Shown in pieces: positions 12,201 through 27,400 of a stretch of 64,000 bases of DNA (the stretch's first letter is position 1; each line of letters starts with the position of its first letter). This DNA comes from Ascidiella aspersa (Eukaryota): the NCBI GenBank assembly GCA_963924565.1, contig OZ004607.1, positions 6,138,001 through 6,202,000 of the forward strand. Reading direction: 5' to 3'. Both the position numbers and the translations under genes were made by a program. The notes under the pieces were generated by a model, which was not told the origin of the DNA, did no database searches, and saw nothing but the letters and a program-made list of their open reading frames with translations.

Positions 12201-15200
12201 TCCTCAATGGTTTTGTTTGTGGTCGCGTCGATTTGACGAAGAAGGTGTTTGAGTTGCATGAAAACATGTAAACGCTGAGTGAAATTCAACACCTGAGGAA
12301 ATAAACGTATTTCAGTCAATGTTGTAAAAGTCATTTTGATGACTTAAGTCCAATTCAAGTCTTTTCGAATAGTCCCATTTCGAAGTCATCGGTTGCCCGA
12401 GTCAAGTCCCAGTCAAGTCATAATTATGGCGAGTCAACTTCAAGTCAAGTCTGTGTCATAAACAATACTTTTATACTACTAAAACTGGTAAACTTCCAGA
12501 ATTATCTAGTTGTCCAAGGTTGCTTAGTAGGGCGTTTGTTGCGCGAAGTGCACAACCTTGTACGTGACTTTAGGTGACCTTGAGTGACCGAAAGTGTGCG
12601 AAAGTGTTCTGAAGCAAACAAATATATAACGTTGCATTTGTCAATGGAGTTTCGTTGGATTATGGCTATGCGTATTGTTGAATTTCAATTTCATTTCATG
12701 AAAGACAAACGTTTTTGGAATTTACGTAGAATTTTAGATTTTTATAATGACATAAATTATTTGAGAGGAATCAGGTGGCACTATGTAAAGACAAATTGTA
12801 TTGAATTCTCGACAAGCTTTCGTACAACCGTGCTCCATCAAGTAGAAATGAAAATAGCTAAAATGCACGTAAAAGCAAAAGCACTAGTAAAAGGCTATAA
12901 CAATATTGAAGACTAACATATCCATAAACATATGTTTGGAAAGACGTGTGCGACTGACGAAATAACAATACTAACAGGAGGTCTGCGCTTTAAACTACGT
13001 TGGCGATTGCGTGTAGTAAGGCGAGCTACGAGGCGTAATGTGACATAATTACACGCGCTTGTGCTTCAACGTGTATTTTAATTATTTTTATTTCTACTTT
13101 GACCTGATGAAGCACGGTTGTGCGAAAGCTTGTCGAGAATCCAATACAATTTGTCTTTACTTAGTTTATTAATGACCTAAGTTGTCTGGTGATTTACATA
13201 GAGCTGATTTCAAATCACTTTTATTCCTCGTTTTTATTGATTGGATATTAGGTGCTATATCATTTATTGGCTTCAAAACAACACAAAACACATATACTTC
13301 AAACCACATATACAACCACATTGTTTATACTTTGTTTAAACGAAATAAAGTTCATATACAAGTATTTGGAATGATTTATTTTACCATTTATCTCTATTTG
13401 GGTACACTTTTATCTCTATTTGGGTACATAGTATATTAGTCCTCATATTCGTCCTTCTATTCGTCAGTACAACGAAATACAACGAATCAATGTACACAGT
13501 TCAGGTGTTATGTATCAACTTGATTTATTTGAACATTATAGTGAACTGATTAGAGAAAGTGCTAGCATGGAACTTCAAAATAATTATGTTATCTGACAGT
13601 GGTCGTTAGGTTTAAATAACATTGTATTGCTCCATACGCACCCATGATATTAAATTGTAATTTGACGCTACTCATACGAACAGGACATTTTATTTTCCTA
13701 TACGAGTAGTCTATTCGAAAATGAATGTTGTGTGCAATATATGCGCCTAATTCAAAAATGAACGTAAATTCATTAGGGCTATAGCAAGTGATAGCTGCTA
13801 ATGCCTTCTCGTTATAACTCAGACCAAAGAGATTGTTAAAGTCTCTTTGCTCAGACTGATCATTTTGGTCTAATTGATTTTTAATTGCCTGTATAGCAGT
13901 GTACATTCTTCAGTTTGAAAACGATTTTAAGTGTTTATAAGCACTTTGAATTTGTAGCTGATAAGAAAGGCGATTATTTTTGGACCTAAAAATTAAGAAA
14001 TTTTGACAAATTTTACCTAAAAATAATTTATTTTGACAAAATTTTGACCTGTTAGAAATACATTGATTTAAATAACCTAGGCGTCTTTAATCACGTGTTT
14101 TTTATACCTTATATTGCTCCAATGAAGATATAATACGGTTAATGTGACTTTTGAATATAAATCAAAACTAATTTTTTGATGAAATTGAACAATAAATTAA
14201 AAAAAAAAACTGAACGACCAATTGCAAAAAGCTGACTATAGTTTTTCTTTTAATTTTGTAAACGATTGATGTGCATTTTTATTCGATTTTGACTTAAAAA
14301 AATTCTAACAAATTTTGACCTAATATGTAAATTTTGAAAGCATTAGAATTTGCACAACTTCGCAAACACACTCCTGACCTTAAGGCCGTAAAAATCAAAA
14401 TATTGTCTTCCGGAATGCCTAACCATGTCGTTTAACTGCTTGAGAATCTGACCTGTGATTGGTTAGTTTAAACTTACGGCTTCGAGTGTTTGGATTAAAC
14501 TACATTTTCATAAGTATTTGGTTGGTCAATTACAAGTACGTGTTTGTGTGGCAGATTTATTTGTTATTCGCATTTTGTGTCGAAGCAATGTTAAACTCAC
14601 CTTAGTGTTGTATATTAATCAGCGTTTTTCTTTTGAACATTTCCCTTTCGTGAGCCTTTGGGCTTGTGTATTTCAGACAAGCAATTCGCTTAAAAACTAC
14701 CCTTCTTTATTGTCCTAGAGTGCGCTGATATATTTGTAAGTGGCTTCTGCATTATGCTAACTGAGTGTTTCTCAGCCTTTTATGGCTAGCGGCACGCCTC
14801 AGAAATAATAAATAGATTGCGGCACCCGTACAAGATTTTTCTGTGGGTAATTTACTATAGTGTCACTTAATTAACTGAACTGGAACAACACACATCAACT
14901 CCACACAATGTAGTGGTTATAATTGGATTTATTTCACTCTAATCTTTTAAAAAAGTTGTAAGAGTTGAATAAAATCCGATTCTTAAAAATTCTCAAATTT
15001 CTCTTGGCACCCTTAAGCATTGGAAATGGCACCCCGGTTGAGAACCACTGTAGGCTACTAACTTGCTCCGCTGATCTATAGGTTAAAACTGGTTGTTCGT
15101 TCATCAATTAATACTATTCTAATCACCTTAGTCTATTGTGGTTGGCTCGCGAGTTAGTCACGCAACCTGGGTTTGGAGTCAAAAGAAAGTGTTAATTAGA

Positions 15201-18200
15201 ACGCCCTTCTATTGTATAAAGAACTTAAGTTCAACTAGCTGACTCGAGCCCCACACTACCTTGTCTTCGTCGTCGCAAACACCGATCGACCTCGGTTGAA
15301 TGTCCTCCGTAAAGACCTTCTCTGTTGTTCGTGTTCTTCCTGCAATTAATGCGAATATATTCTAGTATCGTACATAATTTGTTGGGCAATTATTTTTTGA
15401 CTTGGCAAAAAAGTAAGAACATTTTTTTATCATGTTAGGTCATAATTTTTCAAAATTATTTAGATAATGCACAAAAATGGAATATAAAATTACCAAAAAC
15501 TGTAATGTTTGCATATTAACAGACAGTAACAGCTGGATAATTCTAGTTTTCTAATTCAATAAATTAGAGCAAAATACGTCTAATATAATTCAGATTTTCT
15601 CGAAAATGCTACTTTGTCCAACAGCATTTTTTTATTATTTTACCTTTTCAAACAGCATTATTTCTCAATCATTACAAAGAATTTGAGTGATTTTTTCTGT
15701 CTAAAAAGCATATGCTATGCTAAAACATAAAATTAGCACACAAATATTACTCATTCCCATTATTATGACAATAAATTGCGACTTAAATCAAATTGATTGT
15801 GAATAGGCCTAATTAAGTGTAATTCGGTAATTCTAATTCTTAATCTAATTTGAAAAGGCTAAAAAATATCTAGTTGTCCAAGTCTTTAAATACAAGGATT
15901 ACAAAGAAATCTGGGATTATACATTTGTCGGAAAACATTTCCCTACAGACCAACGGAGAGCGACCAAGTAATGCCAAAAGCAAATATGGCCGAAAACTAT
16001 GTTATCTCTAACTGAATTTTACAATATGTTTTTATGAGCAACGAAACATGCACATACAAATGTGTGTTAACAACTGTGATCTAGCCCTTCTGAAGCTGTT
16101 TTTTGACCAACGATCACGGCTTTTAGAAACCTCAGTGCAGTTCTAACCTCACTGCAGGCTATTTGTTTTTCTAGCCTGTCCTGCTTGCATCATTGATCGA
16201 CAGATTCGGGGTGTATGTATTGCTCATAATGGCGTGAAATTGAACCTGACGCTCACCTTTAAAGCTATAGGAAATGGTGTCCTGAGAAACTTGCCGACGA
16301 TGGCGAGGCCTTGCCACTATGGTCACATCGTCGGTCTGCATCTGCCCACTAATGATGAGCTCGCCACCGGCGTAGTAAGCGGGGAAAGTGGTCTCGGTCG
16401 TCTCGATCAGCTTATCTCTCTCATACTCCACAACAACATCGGTCAGGATAGGGTTCGAGATCGACTCGAAAAAGGTGGCGATCTGGAAAACGCCGTCAAA
16501 AGCGTTGTGTGGTATTTTTATGTAGAAATAGACTTAAAATGATCTATATAGCTTCCGGAAGTGGTTTAAAATGCCTCATCAACCGTGTGGTAAATAAACA
16601 GTTTTAGTCGACCTTCAGGAGTTTAGTTGACCTTTAGGAGGAACCTGATCCTGTAGCTAAGGATTTTTCTCTTCTCTCTCCTCTATAACGTCTTCCAGGT
16701 GAGCCGGGATTTTAACCCCTGACCCTAGGAACTTGCATTGTTGCGTGGATGAGTTGGAAGTATTGTATTAGGGATGTCCGATAATATCGAATCGAAGACT
16801 ATTCCCGATACAGAGTTTAGTATCGGTACTCATCCGATACTAGGCTGGTACCGCTCCCGATCCGATACCAATTTAACATAGGAATTTCAGTTCTAATTGG
16901 ACATTAGGGTTGAAAATAACTAGGGAAGTTTGGATGTGCTTTAAAGCGTTCACGAACTAGATGTTGAAAAACGACAATGTGGTGCTTTAGCATACCTTTG
17001 TTATTTAATAGGTTTTTGGAAGTAAGGAATTTCCGCAGACAGAAAATGTAAAAAAAAAAATTCTGGCTTTCGTATCAGATGATGGTAAGAATGTTAATAA
17101 CAACAGATATAAAACAGAAACCTTATGAAATATAGGCATCATTAGTTGTTCGAAATATATATATTTGTAAAATTTACAGATCCAATTTAATTTTATATAA
17201 ATGTTTTTCTAAACAGTCTTAACATTATTTGTTATTTATTGGCAAACTTTGAATTGCAGAAAAAATAAAACATTGCCTAAATCTTCTTTTGCGGTATAAA
17301 CTGTGTAGGTCACCTTTATCAGGGGTGCCAAGCCGCATGAAAAAACAGCATGCCATTAAAACGTACCGTAAATTAAATAGCAAATAATAAAAATGCAAAT
17401 AAACCAAAAAGAACTGTCAACTCACTTGCACATGGGCATCAATGTCCATAAAAACTTGAGTTGAAAATCCTTTGTTTTGTGCAGCGATCTTTTTAAGCGA
17501 CTTCATGTCGACTAGACTTCCAAATCCGACAGTGTTGATTGCAAAGCTGTCACTGTAATATATAATCTATGTTAACGGATTATAGGAGATTATTGCTTCA
17601 GAATAACTATTTTTACATTTTCAAGGTAAAAGCTTTATAGGCCTTCATTGTAGAAAAATAATCACAGTTTGTTATATAACACGGAGGTATTGACGTTGCT
17701 TAATGTGTCTATAACCTCTGATCGGCGAAAAATAGGAAATAAAAAAAAAATAGGATAAACCACTGATAAAAGAAACACACGCTAGTTTTATTAAATAGAA
17801 GGTGCGTTTTTATTGACTCTAGAAACAATGTTGTATTGTATCAAGGCAGGGGTGGGCAGCCTTTTTCTAGTATCGGTCCACTATCGGTTAAACGGATAAA
17901 TTACTTGTTCAAGATGTAGACTCCCTTTTCAATAGTTCTGGGGTTTGTGATGCCAATGTTTGGGCGACCATCAGTTAACAGAAGAATCATGTCGGCTGCT
18001 GGGAGAAACCCAAGTGGTCCACCTAGAGCGGTGCCTGAAAAACAAAACCAACCTAAGTATCAGTAAAGAATAATTTTCTTGTATATACTCCGCAACTAAC
18101 TGTGGTAAACGTTGCAATTCAGTGAAAAGGGTACTTTGCGCAATATTCGTCACGTTTGAATTTTCCTATGTGCACCTTGTTTAAAGCTGTAAAATGAGTA

Positions 18201-21200
18201 ACGTTGTTTTGACACAATGTGAAAGGTAAACGGTGTTATCGAGAAATAGTTTTACTTTTTCATAGTAAATATTTAAATCGACTTTATTGGGATTATAGAG
18301 AAGGCCTAAACGTTTTTATCGAGTAATAATCGGTTAATTTGCTGAAATAAATTATTTTTTGTGTTATGTTTTTTGCTTAAAACGAATTAATCCTATGTAA
18401 TTTATTGATTCACTAAAAGTCTGCTTTTTGCGGTGAAAAGGGCCTTTGCCGCAGTTTTCCCGCTTTTCCGCGTAAAAGAGTCTTTAAACATTTAAGCTAA
18501 TGTAATAATATTTTTTTGCTTGAGATAGTTAGCTCCACTTCATTAGTGGGTAACAACCTTTTGGCTTGCGCACACTTGGTTAAATTCAGTTTTTGCTCTA
18601 TTTTCAAGCTTCTTTACACAATTGTTTATGTATCATTGTAGTGCATTTAGTATATATATATATATTCGAGTCTTCAAAGTTGGTATTTTAAATGGAGAGT
18701 TTTCATTTTTCGACTCACTGTCTCGCCCGATCGTTAAATTCGGCGAGATCAGTGGTGGAGCATGGCTCATCAATAATATATTTAGTCATAAATGTTGACC
18801 TAAATAGTGCGCACAAAACTTACATGATTGTTTTCAAGTAAAATATTTCAAGTTAAATTACATGAATTATTTCAAGTAAAATATCTATTGACTCAAAGTA
18901 ATATTAACTTTTCTTACCCTCAATTCCCTTTTTCACGTATTCCCTCAGCGTCAGGATAGCTTCGTATAGAGCTGCCTGTATATTCGTGCCCCCTCGAGGT
19001 CGAATTTCGGCGAGGAATTTGTTTGCCTTACCCACGTTTTCGGGGGTGACTGGAACCATTGTTACGTTGGGTCCGGCCGGTTCCCAGGGCGTCACGGTAC
19101 CGTTGAAAACTAGGATGCCGAAAGCGTCCTGAAAGAGACATGCGTAGCTTTAAATAACAGTGTTGTAAACAAGTCATTTTGAAATGACTAAAGTCCCAGT
19201 CAAGTCATTCGAAAATTTAAGTCCAAGTCAAGTCTTTTCAAATGAATAACAAGTCAAGTCCCAGTCCAAGTCATCGGTTGCCCAAGTCACGTCATAATTA
19301 GAGCAAGTCAACTTCAACTCAATTTCTTGCCTTAAAACTATTACGTCAAAGTGTTAGAACTGGTAAACTCGTCCGATTGTGAGTAATAACTCAAGTAAAA
19401 AAATAAATTAAATGCAAAATATAGCAAGAAAATTGTTTTATTTGCAAAAATTAAAATACATAACCAAATTTTAGATATAAAAATAAAAACACTTTATTTC
19501 AAGCCAATTCATTAGTCCAAAAGACTTAAGTCAAGTCTCAAGAAGCTCAAGTTAATGGTACTCCGACTGTGCAGGAAAAGTTTACAGTTACAATACGATG
19601 TCCGCATTATATTACAGCTGAAAAAAAATAGGCAACTTACAAGCGCTCCAAGATTGGCCAGGATACTGGCCATTGCTGATCTCACTTGATCCATCTTGTG
19701 GCCATACATAGATCCCGAAATGTCTAGAGCGAAGACAACTCTTTTCGGGATCGGCAAGCCTTCTGGGTTGATGAAATGTGCGAAGTAGCTGATAGGGGAG
19801 GAAACTTTCATAAGGTCAAGTAGGTATGGAAGACAACTACAAATTATTTTGGGCGACCCTGGATAAATGTTCACTGTGTACGAGAACTTGTGTATTGTGA
19901 GTTGGACTATAAATATGGAGAAGATTGTAAGCATAATAATTCAACATTGTTTTCCAGTTCTAAACCTGTGAGTTGATCAGATTTTGGCTAACTGCATAGA
20001 AAGTGTTTGGAATCTAGGGAATGATACATTGAACAAGAATAAACAAATAAGTTTATGTAGTTATCCAACTAGATTCTATTAAGAAAGGAGTCAACTATGA
20101 TTCGAGTGTAGGTGCGCATATTTGATTAGCGTCTGATCATAAAAATTGTAATGTTATACGTATTTTCTCAAAGGCTCAATTTATGTCAAAACACAACTAA
20201 AACACGAGACGACAAAACTAATACATTTATCTACGCACTCTTTATTATCCAATTATTGTTACTTTTAACATTAATGGGCAGCTCGAATCAATAACCACAA
20301 GGTATTTTAGCTATCCTAAATCTTGAATCTTGACGTTTTATCCTAAATATTTGTTGTCAGTTTTTAAAGCTATATTCTCGTGTTGAATTGTGTTTGGCGT
20401 TAAGTTCCTGATCATTACCTTCCGGCCAGTACAAAATCTCCCTTCTTTCTGCTCAACGTCAGGTTGTAATCGACTGAAAACTTCCCGTTGAGTCCGAACG
20501 GGGAGATTGCCTCCTGCTGGGTGACCGACGGCGAGTATCTGATTTCGGCCGTGCTCCTGCGCACATTTAACACGAATTAAGGGGCGTTTTCGGCATTGAT
20601 CCGTTGGTATTAGATCCATAGATAGGCAATCAAACTCAGGTCGAATTACGCATACCCTTTGTGGAATTGCAGTGTTTTTCGGATGAACTATAGTTTTTCT
20701 TTTTTACTTAGTGCAATTTCAATTAGTACAGTTTCAAATAAATAGCAGTGCAAAATGAAATTGATTGTTTAAACGTTGGGTTTGCTAGAACTAACGAAAC
20801 AAAGTTGCTGTAAAAGTTTGCAATTTACAACACCACGAAATGTCGATTTAGCTTCGCAATCTAAACTTGAGAAAAATCAGCTTATTTCGTTGGACGCCTT
20901 TGAACACTTCTTCAGGGCAATATAATTGCAACTATAGGCGAAAAAACATATACATGACATACCCGACAAGCCGTAAAAGAAAAACAACAAGGACCACGTT
21001 ATAACGTTGTAATTATATTTCCCTGCAGAAGATTGCCCGAACAGGTAGTCGAAACGTTTGTACATAAATAAGCCTTTGCCGTAAGTCTTTTTTTGTTGAA
21101 CATTAGAATATACTTTTCCTAATTACCTATTCTTCGACACGCTAACTCCGGGTACTTCGGTCGGTCCAGCCACTGCCGTTTGGTCTGTTTCGAAGCCGAG

Positions 21201-24200
21201 AACTCGGACAGACTCGATCACTTCAGTCTCACAAATGGAAACATCAATGCTGAAGAAGTCAACCGGTTGGAGCATGCGAACAGTGACGTCGTACAAGAAC
21301 CTTGACAAAAAGTGTACAGGAAGATGTCGTGTCAATAAGTATCAAAATGCAGTGCTTAGAGAACTGGGGTCCTAGTTTTAGCGTTTCCATTAGGGCCTAA
21401 TTAAAATATTAGTGTCAATTTTTTTTTTTTTTTTAAGAAAATAGATCATTAAAAAAAAACGGTTTCACTTTCACATTTTTGCACCGAAATCAGCTGATTT
21501 ATAAGGTCTATTTGCATTGTGACGTCAATTTATGACGTCCTTTTTTGATTTTTTGTTTGACTACCGTGGCCACGCGAAGCAGAAAAAAAAATCAAGAGGA
21601 CACGTTAAAAAAAGTTCAAGAACCCCTCGATTAGAGGTATGAAGCTATTGAACTGAACCAACAATGCGCGATCCACGTCAATTGCAAGTCAGGTCATTAG
21701 AATTCAAATACAACGATTTAAAATAAATAATAATCGATCAACCTGTTTTACCTATTTTACGTAGCAACTACCAAAACAAAACAAATAACCAGCAAACTGT
21801 TTTTCGCCAAATGTAAAGTGTATTTAACTAAAACTGTATTTAATTAATACCCTTAATTTTAATCTAAGTTATTTAATTTGTCGTTTGTCCAAAATCTATA
21901 TGTCAAGTCAAGTCATTTGAAAACGATGTTTTAAGTGCACTGAAGTCAAGATTTTAACTTGGGAACACTGATTGTCACTCAAAGTATGGCATGATCAGTC
22001 TATTTGACATAAAACATTCTCATTTAAAAGACACCATATCAACTAATTGGTCAAATTCCTGGCAATGCTTTATTTAAAATCCTCAAATGATGTGTTTTGA
22101 ATATCATAAAATTTACTCGTTGTAAAAATAAGACCAAATGTAAAGTGTTAGATTAAATGTGTTATTCACTCAAACTATCTATTGGCATTTGTAACAGAGG
22201 TTTGTTAGCTTACTTCAATAGACAAGTGTAACCATTTAAGAAGCCGCTCACCGAGTTTTTCAAGGTACGCTAAGCAACACTGTTCTTACTTGCCAAGCTT
22301 TCGCTGCAGCAGTTCCTGGTAGGTCAGAACGAAGGTAACCGTCTTCCTTGGTGCGAGGTTGACCGAGGTTTTGAAGACAGAATTCGATGTGTCTCTAGCG
22401 GCCACGTGACCAGCAGTCAGGTCCCGTTCCTGAGTTATGTAATTGCAGTGTCGTAAATAAGGCATTTTGAAATTACTCAAGTCCCAGTCAAGTCATTCGA
22501 AAAATAATTTAAGTCCTAGTAAGGTCTTTTTGAATAAATACACATTATAATTAGAGAAAGTCAATTCCAAGTCAAGTCTTTTGCAAAAACAACAAGTCAT
22601 CAATCAACAGCGTTGCAAACAAGTCCCAGTAAAGTCATTCGACGATAACTTAAGTGCAAGTCAAGTCACTTGTCCAAAAGACTTAAATCAAGTCAAGTTA
22701 TTTTGGTTAAACGACTTAAGTAAAGTCAAGTCATTTGGAAGCAGTGACATAAGTGCTCTTAAGTCAAGTCAATCAAGTCAATGACTTTACTCATTACAAC
22801 ACTATGCAATTATTATATCAACCTGTGTCACTATGATTACCAGGACTTAATCGAAGGGCGACCTGTTCGGATATTTGTAAACCCGGCGTATATTCGGTAT
22901 GGTGCTGATTATGTATTAAAAGAGATCGGCTAGTTTAGGGAAAGTTGCTTTTTTTATTTAAATTAAACTGGCATCGCGATAGAAGCCATATTCTATAACC
23001 TGTAATGTTATCAAACACTGTATAAAGCATTTTTGTCAAACGAAAAAGTGTTACCTCGGCGTTTTTTGAAATACAACATTCTACAAACGAAGCACTAGTA
23101 TATGTAAGTTACATTGAAGCCCGTCTCTTAAACTTGTAATATGGCTTACCCGAGCTAGGTTGAAAATACGTTTTGCCTCTTCTTTTTCTCGGATTGTTCC
23201 ATCGTACGTCTCACCATCAACAGTCATGCTGAAGGCTGTGATAAAAGCGTCCTTGGGAAGCAAGACGTAAAAGTCAGCCTTTCTACTCACGTCCGCACTG
23301 TAAAGCAAAAGAAGGGTTTTATTTTGTTAGGCTCCTGGTCCTGTAGCATTAGCCAGTGGCGTAGCCATCGGAAAATGTTGGGGGGGCTAAAAAGTTGTTT
23401 TTTGTTTAGCTTTTGTCAATGTATTAACTGCCGTAGCGACCACAAATAACAATGCTAGCAAACCACTTCGAGCAGCAACTGACTGAGTGTTAACGCAATA
23501 CTCAAAAAACAGTCAAAGAGCAAAAACTGTCTAAAAGTAGTAAAACTACATTATTGTATAGCAAACGTTATATTAACTGCATCGTTTGTGACGTAAAAAT
23601 GCATGACAATTGAAGGCGTGACATGCCTGTGATCGAATGTTGTGGTACTGCTCAGAAATGCTACAAAACAAATTATTAAGAGTAAAATATTTATAAATAT
23701 ATTTTTTGGAGGGGGGGGGCATGGCCCCTCAAGCCCCCCTGGCTACGCCTATGGTATTAGCACGTTACATAAACGCTCGAAAAATTTTGATCGAGTTACT
23801 TTTATTTTTCACAGCTTATTAAGTCTCATATAACTGTTTTACCATACCGTTTAAAGACAAACTTGTGTTAAGTATACGTCTCATAATTTTGTTTCAGTAA
23901 AAAAAAATTGTTTCCAGCTTCAACACAAACTTTTGCAACCAGGCACAGACATACAGAATAAGGTAAGTACAGAACTTAGTAAGCCGAAAAAAAAAGTTCT
24001 GTACTTCTTTTATTCTTTGTCATCGATGTCCAACCAGAATCGTTTGTTTTCACCATTTGGATTCAGGCAGATTTCGTTTTTCGAAAGAAAATTCTGATTA
24101 CAGGCACAGACATATGTTAATCAAAACTATATTTTACGTATGGCTTTCCGTGATTTAACTACCAACGTAGTCCCACAATGCGCCAATAAAAAACTGTTTA

Positions 24201-24450
24201 GAGTATGAACTACGTCTATCGAAAATTACTTCTGTTTTGCTGTCCCGCTAGAGATTTGTTTTAAAATGTGCGTCAAGATTTGTTTGACGAAAAAAACCTT
24301 TTAGTGCTACGTATAGCACATATCTGGCGTTATGTATATTGTATAGTCATATTAAATTTACCACTTACTCGTTCTGCACAAGACTTGTCATGGTCGTTTC
24401 CGCAAACCTCGAGTTGATTTTCGCCTTTACGGTGAAAGTTCCCACACGAG
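6287..24450 (-). CDS. ITIH-like module: VIT domain, vWA domain, T/P-rich linker, GDPH site, ITI heavy chain C-terminal domain
   Basis: VIT: INSRFAETTMTSLVQN, LLPKDAFITAFSMTVDG, TYQELLQRKLG. vWA: YFAHF..PKRVVFALDISGSMYG, GGTNI, LLTDGRPN, VGFG. Further motifs FVTPGITSMIV, AGDPHILV..AICFNW, DHLDF..GGVLGQF and VSCWFV..TEYQVKEIF-stop are all characteristic of ITIH chains. Confidence 0.9.
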
Positions 24451-27400
24451 GGCGCTCGAGCTGCCCGACCACCAACTCGCAGGTTTTGTAAAGCAAGGAA
24501 TTCGATGTTTTGCTCTTCGCTGCCAAGGAAAAAAGTTTTGTGTTGCTGCCAAAATCCTCCTGTAACACGCTAGATGACAGACATCTTTAACACATAAATT
24601 GCTCGCAACGAGTCATTCAATCTTGAGATTATAACTGCGCAGTGTCAGATGAAAATTAGACCTTAAGTTAATCTAACACAGCGCTTCTTAACCTTTTGTT
24701 CTTGCTGCAACACCTTTCAAATCACTAACCAATTCTCGCTTCCATTTCAATTCACCAACCAATTGTCGCAACCCCTTCTAGAATTGCTTAAATATCAAAA
24801 CCATTGTGATTTTATTGTTATACAACTAACTGATGATACAGTAACACAATAATAAAATCTCAGTTAGTTTAACATTGAACTGAGCATAAACATTACAGTA
24901 ATACATTTTCTTTGATTTAGCACCCCGTGGGTGGTGCGAGGGTAACAAACCCTGCTCTAACATTTAAACAAACAGTCATAAAAATGACTTGCTGCTACTA
25001 ACTGAAATATAACCTTAACTAAACTCAATGAGAATGATAACTTCCTCAAGTTACCTAGTGTGAGATCTACAATTTTAGGTAAAACTCACCTGATATGGTG
25101 ATCAATGTAACCGATCCAGCCAGGGCTTTTTCAGGAGCGGTAACCCCGAATGATGCTTCCGCGGTGCCACCGTTTGCGGCAAGTGTCACCGATGAGGGTG
25201 TCACAGCGTCACTGACGTACTCTTGGGTGTCACTCACTCCAAGTTGAAGTGACGTTGCTTTCTCAGCAGTGTTGGTGATCGCAAGGTTGAGTCGTATCGA
25301 GTCCCCGGGTCTGCGAAAGAGATGAATGGTGGAGGTTTAAGTTCATTTTAATTTGTTCGGTTTATTTCTGGTTCTTAAAATGTTACATAAAACGGTTCAG
25401 GTGGTTCAATTTAAATTATGTTCGACTTATTGCCTTAGCTAAATTCTATTTTTTGATATGGATTTTTAATTTTATAAATCTCAATGGAACACATTTTTTC
25501 TAAAAACACATTTTTTAGTATTATCTGTGCTAATCTAACAATGCATCTGCTACGAATCCATCTTGGCATGTAATTTAGAAAAAAATGTTCACTAAGACGT
25601 CAGTTACGCACGTAAGTAAAAATCAGCAGGACCTTTAATATGTTCGGTTGTAACATATATGTACCTCATTTACTTTTAACCATGTTGTCGTATAATTTTC
25701 ACGTAGTGGGCATTCAATAGCTCTTGAAAGAGAATTTTGGCCGAAACAAAAAAAATTGCCGACCACTGCTATGCAGCATCCACGTCTTGCTAATTAAAGC
25801 TAAGTAACTGTACGTGAAATGGTTTGGCAGTTTCTTTCAGCCTGCGTTAACCACTGCATAAAACGCTGAACTGACAAATCAGAGGGCCGCACCTAAATTT
25901 ATGGTCGTCTTATGTCTAACGCCTTATGTTTAATACAGCAACCATGCTGTACAGCATTCACGTATTGTTAATTTGAGCCAAGTTTGGTGTAGCATCCAAG
26001 TCTTGTTAATTAAACCTAAGTTTATTACAGCATCCATGTATTGTTAAATAGAGCTAAGTTTAACACAGCATTCTTGTCTTGTTCATTAAACCTAAGTTTA
26101 ACTCAGCACCCACTTCTGGTTGTTTAAAGCCAAGTAACTGTACGTGAAATCATTTAATAGTTCCCCAGCCTTCGCTACCCACTGCAAAACCACGCTCAAC
26201 TGACAAAACAGACGTCCCTACCTGAACACGGTCGTCTTGATGTCCGAGCACTGGATGCTGACATGCACGAACTCAATGGTCGTGGTCATGACGCGTGAGT
26301 AGGCCACACCTGAGAGGTCTGTCCCCTCTACTAACACGAGCACTGGGTCGGTGGGCGGGCGCACTATCGGGATTCGAAACTCCGGTGGTGGATTGGCCGT
26401 GACTCTGCGTTAAGTAAATACGAAAATCTGTTAATGTTAATAAGGTGTAATCACTAAATGGCCGCGCTTTAACATTTACAATTTGTTTAAGGCGTGTTGA
26501 CAGTGTTGTAATGACTTAAGTCAATGAGTTCATTTAAGTCACTATTCTCAAATGAATTGACTTGACTTAAGTTTTTTGGACAGTATGACTTGACTCGACT
26601 TAAGTCTTATGAGAAATATGACTTGACTTAAGTTTTGGACAAATGTCTTTGGTTGAAATAAAGTTTTAGTAGGGATTTTTTTTAATTGGGTTATTTATCT
26701 CAGTTTTTGCACATAAAACAAATTGCTTGCTATGTGTTGCGTTTTGTGTTATTTGTATGTGAGGTGTTGCTCATAATCAGACGAGTTCACCAATTTTAAT
26801 AGTTTAACGTTTAATTTTTATGACAAGGAGTTGGAACAGACTTGCTCTCATTATGGCTTGGACTTAACTCATTTCAAAATGGCTTGTTTACATCATTGTG
26901 TTTCGGTTGCTATTGCAGCTGTAATCAGTTTCAAGAAAATAAAACAAATGCCCAAAACATTTTCTATTTTTTCACTACTAAAATGTTTTCAGTATAGTAC
27001 TACAGCCAATAATATTTTTGTTGATGTACTTCGTAATCTGATTTAAAGTCCTCTGGCGTTCTTTTTCTTGGGGGTTAAACCAAGTTTGTTGTAAGCCTCA
27101 CATCTTTCAGGAAGAGTAATATTTTATTGAAATCATCGGCTGTGTTTTGTTCGGGCGATTTAACGGTACATTTTATACCTAGCAACTAAAAGAGGCATAT
27201 TTTCTATTTACGCTTCCGTTATGATGCGTATATCGTTTAAGTGCAAATCTACTTGAAGGTCCGTACGACCATCCCAGTGTCCTTGGAGATCAGCTTGACA
27301 GCTCGCACTCTTCCAAGCTTGTTTCCACCGTAAATGTTCAACAGCAAAGTAACTTGGTCCGAAAATAGTGGCTGACCTAAGAATCGATGACATAATATTA

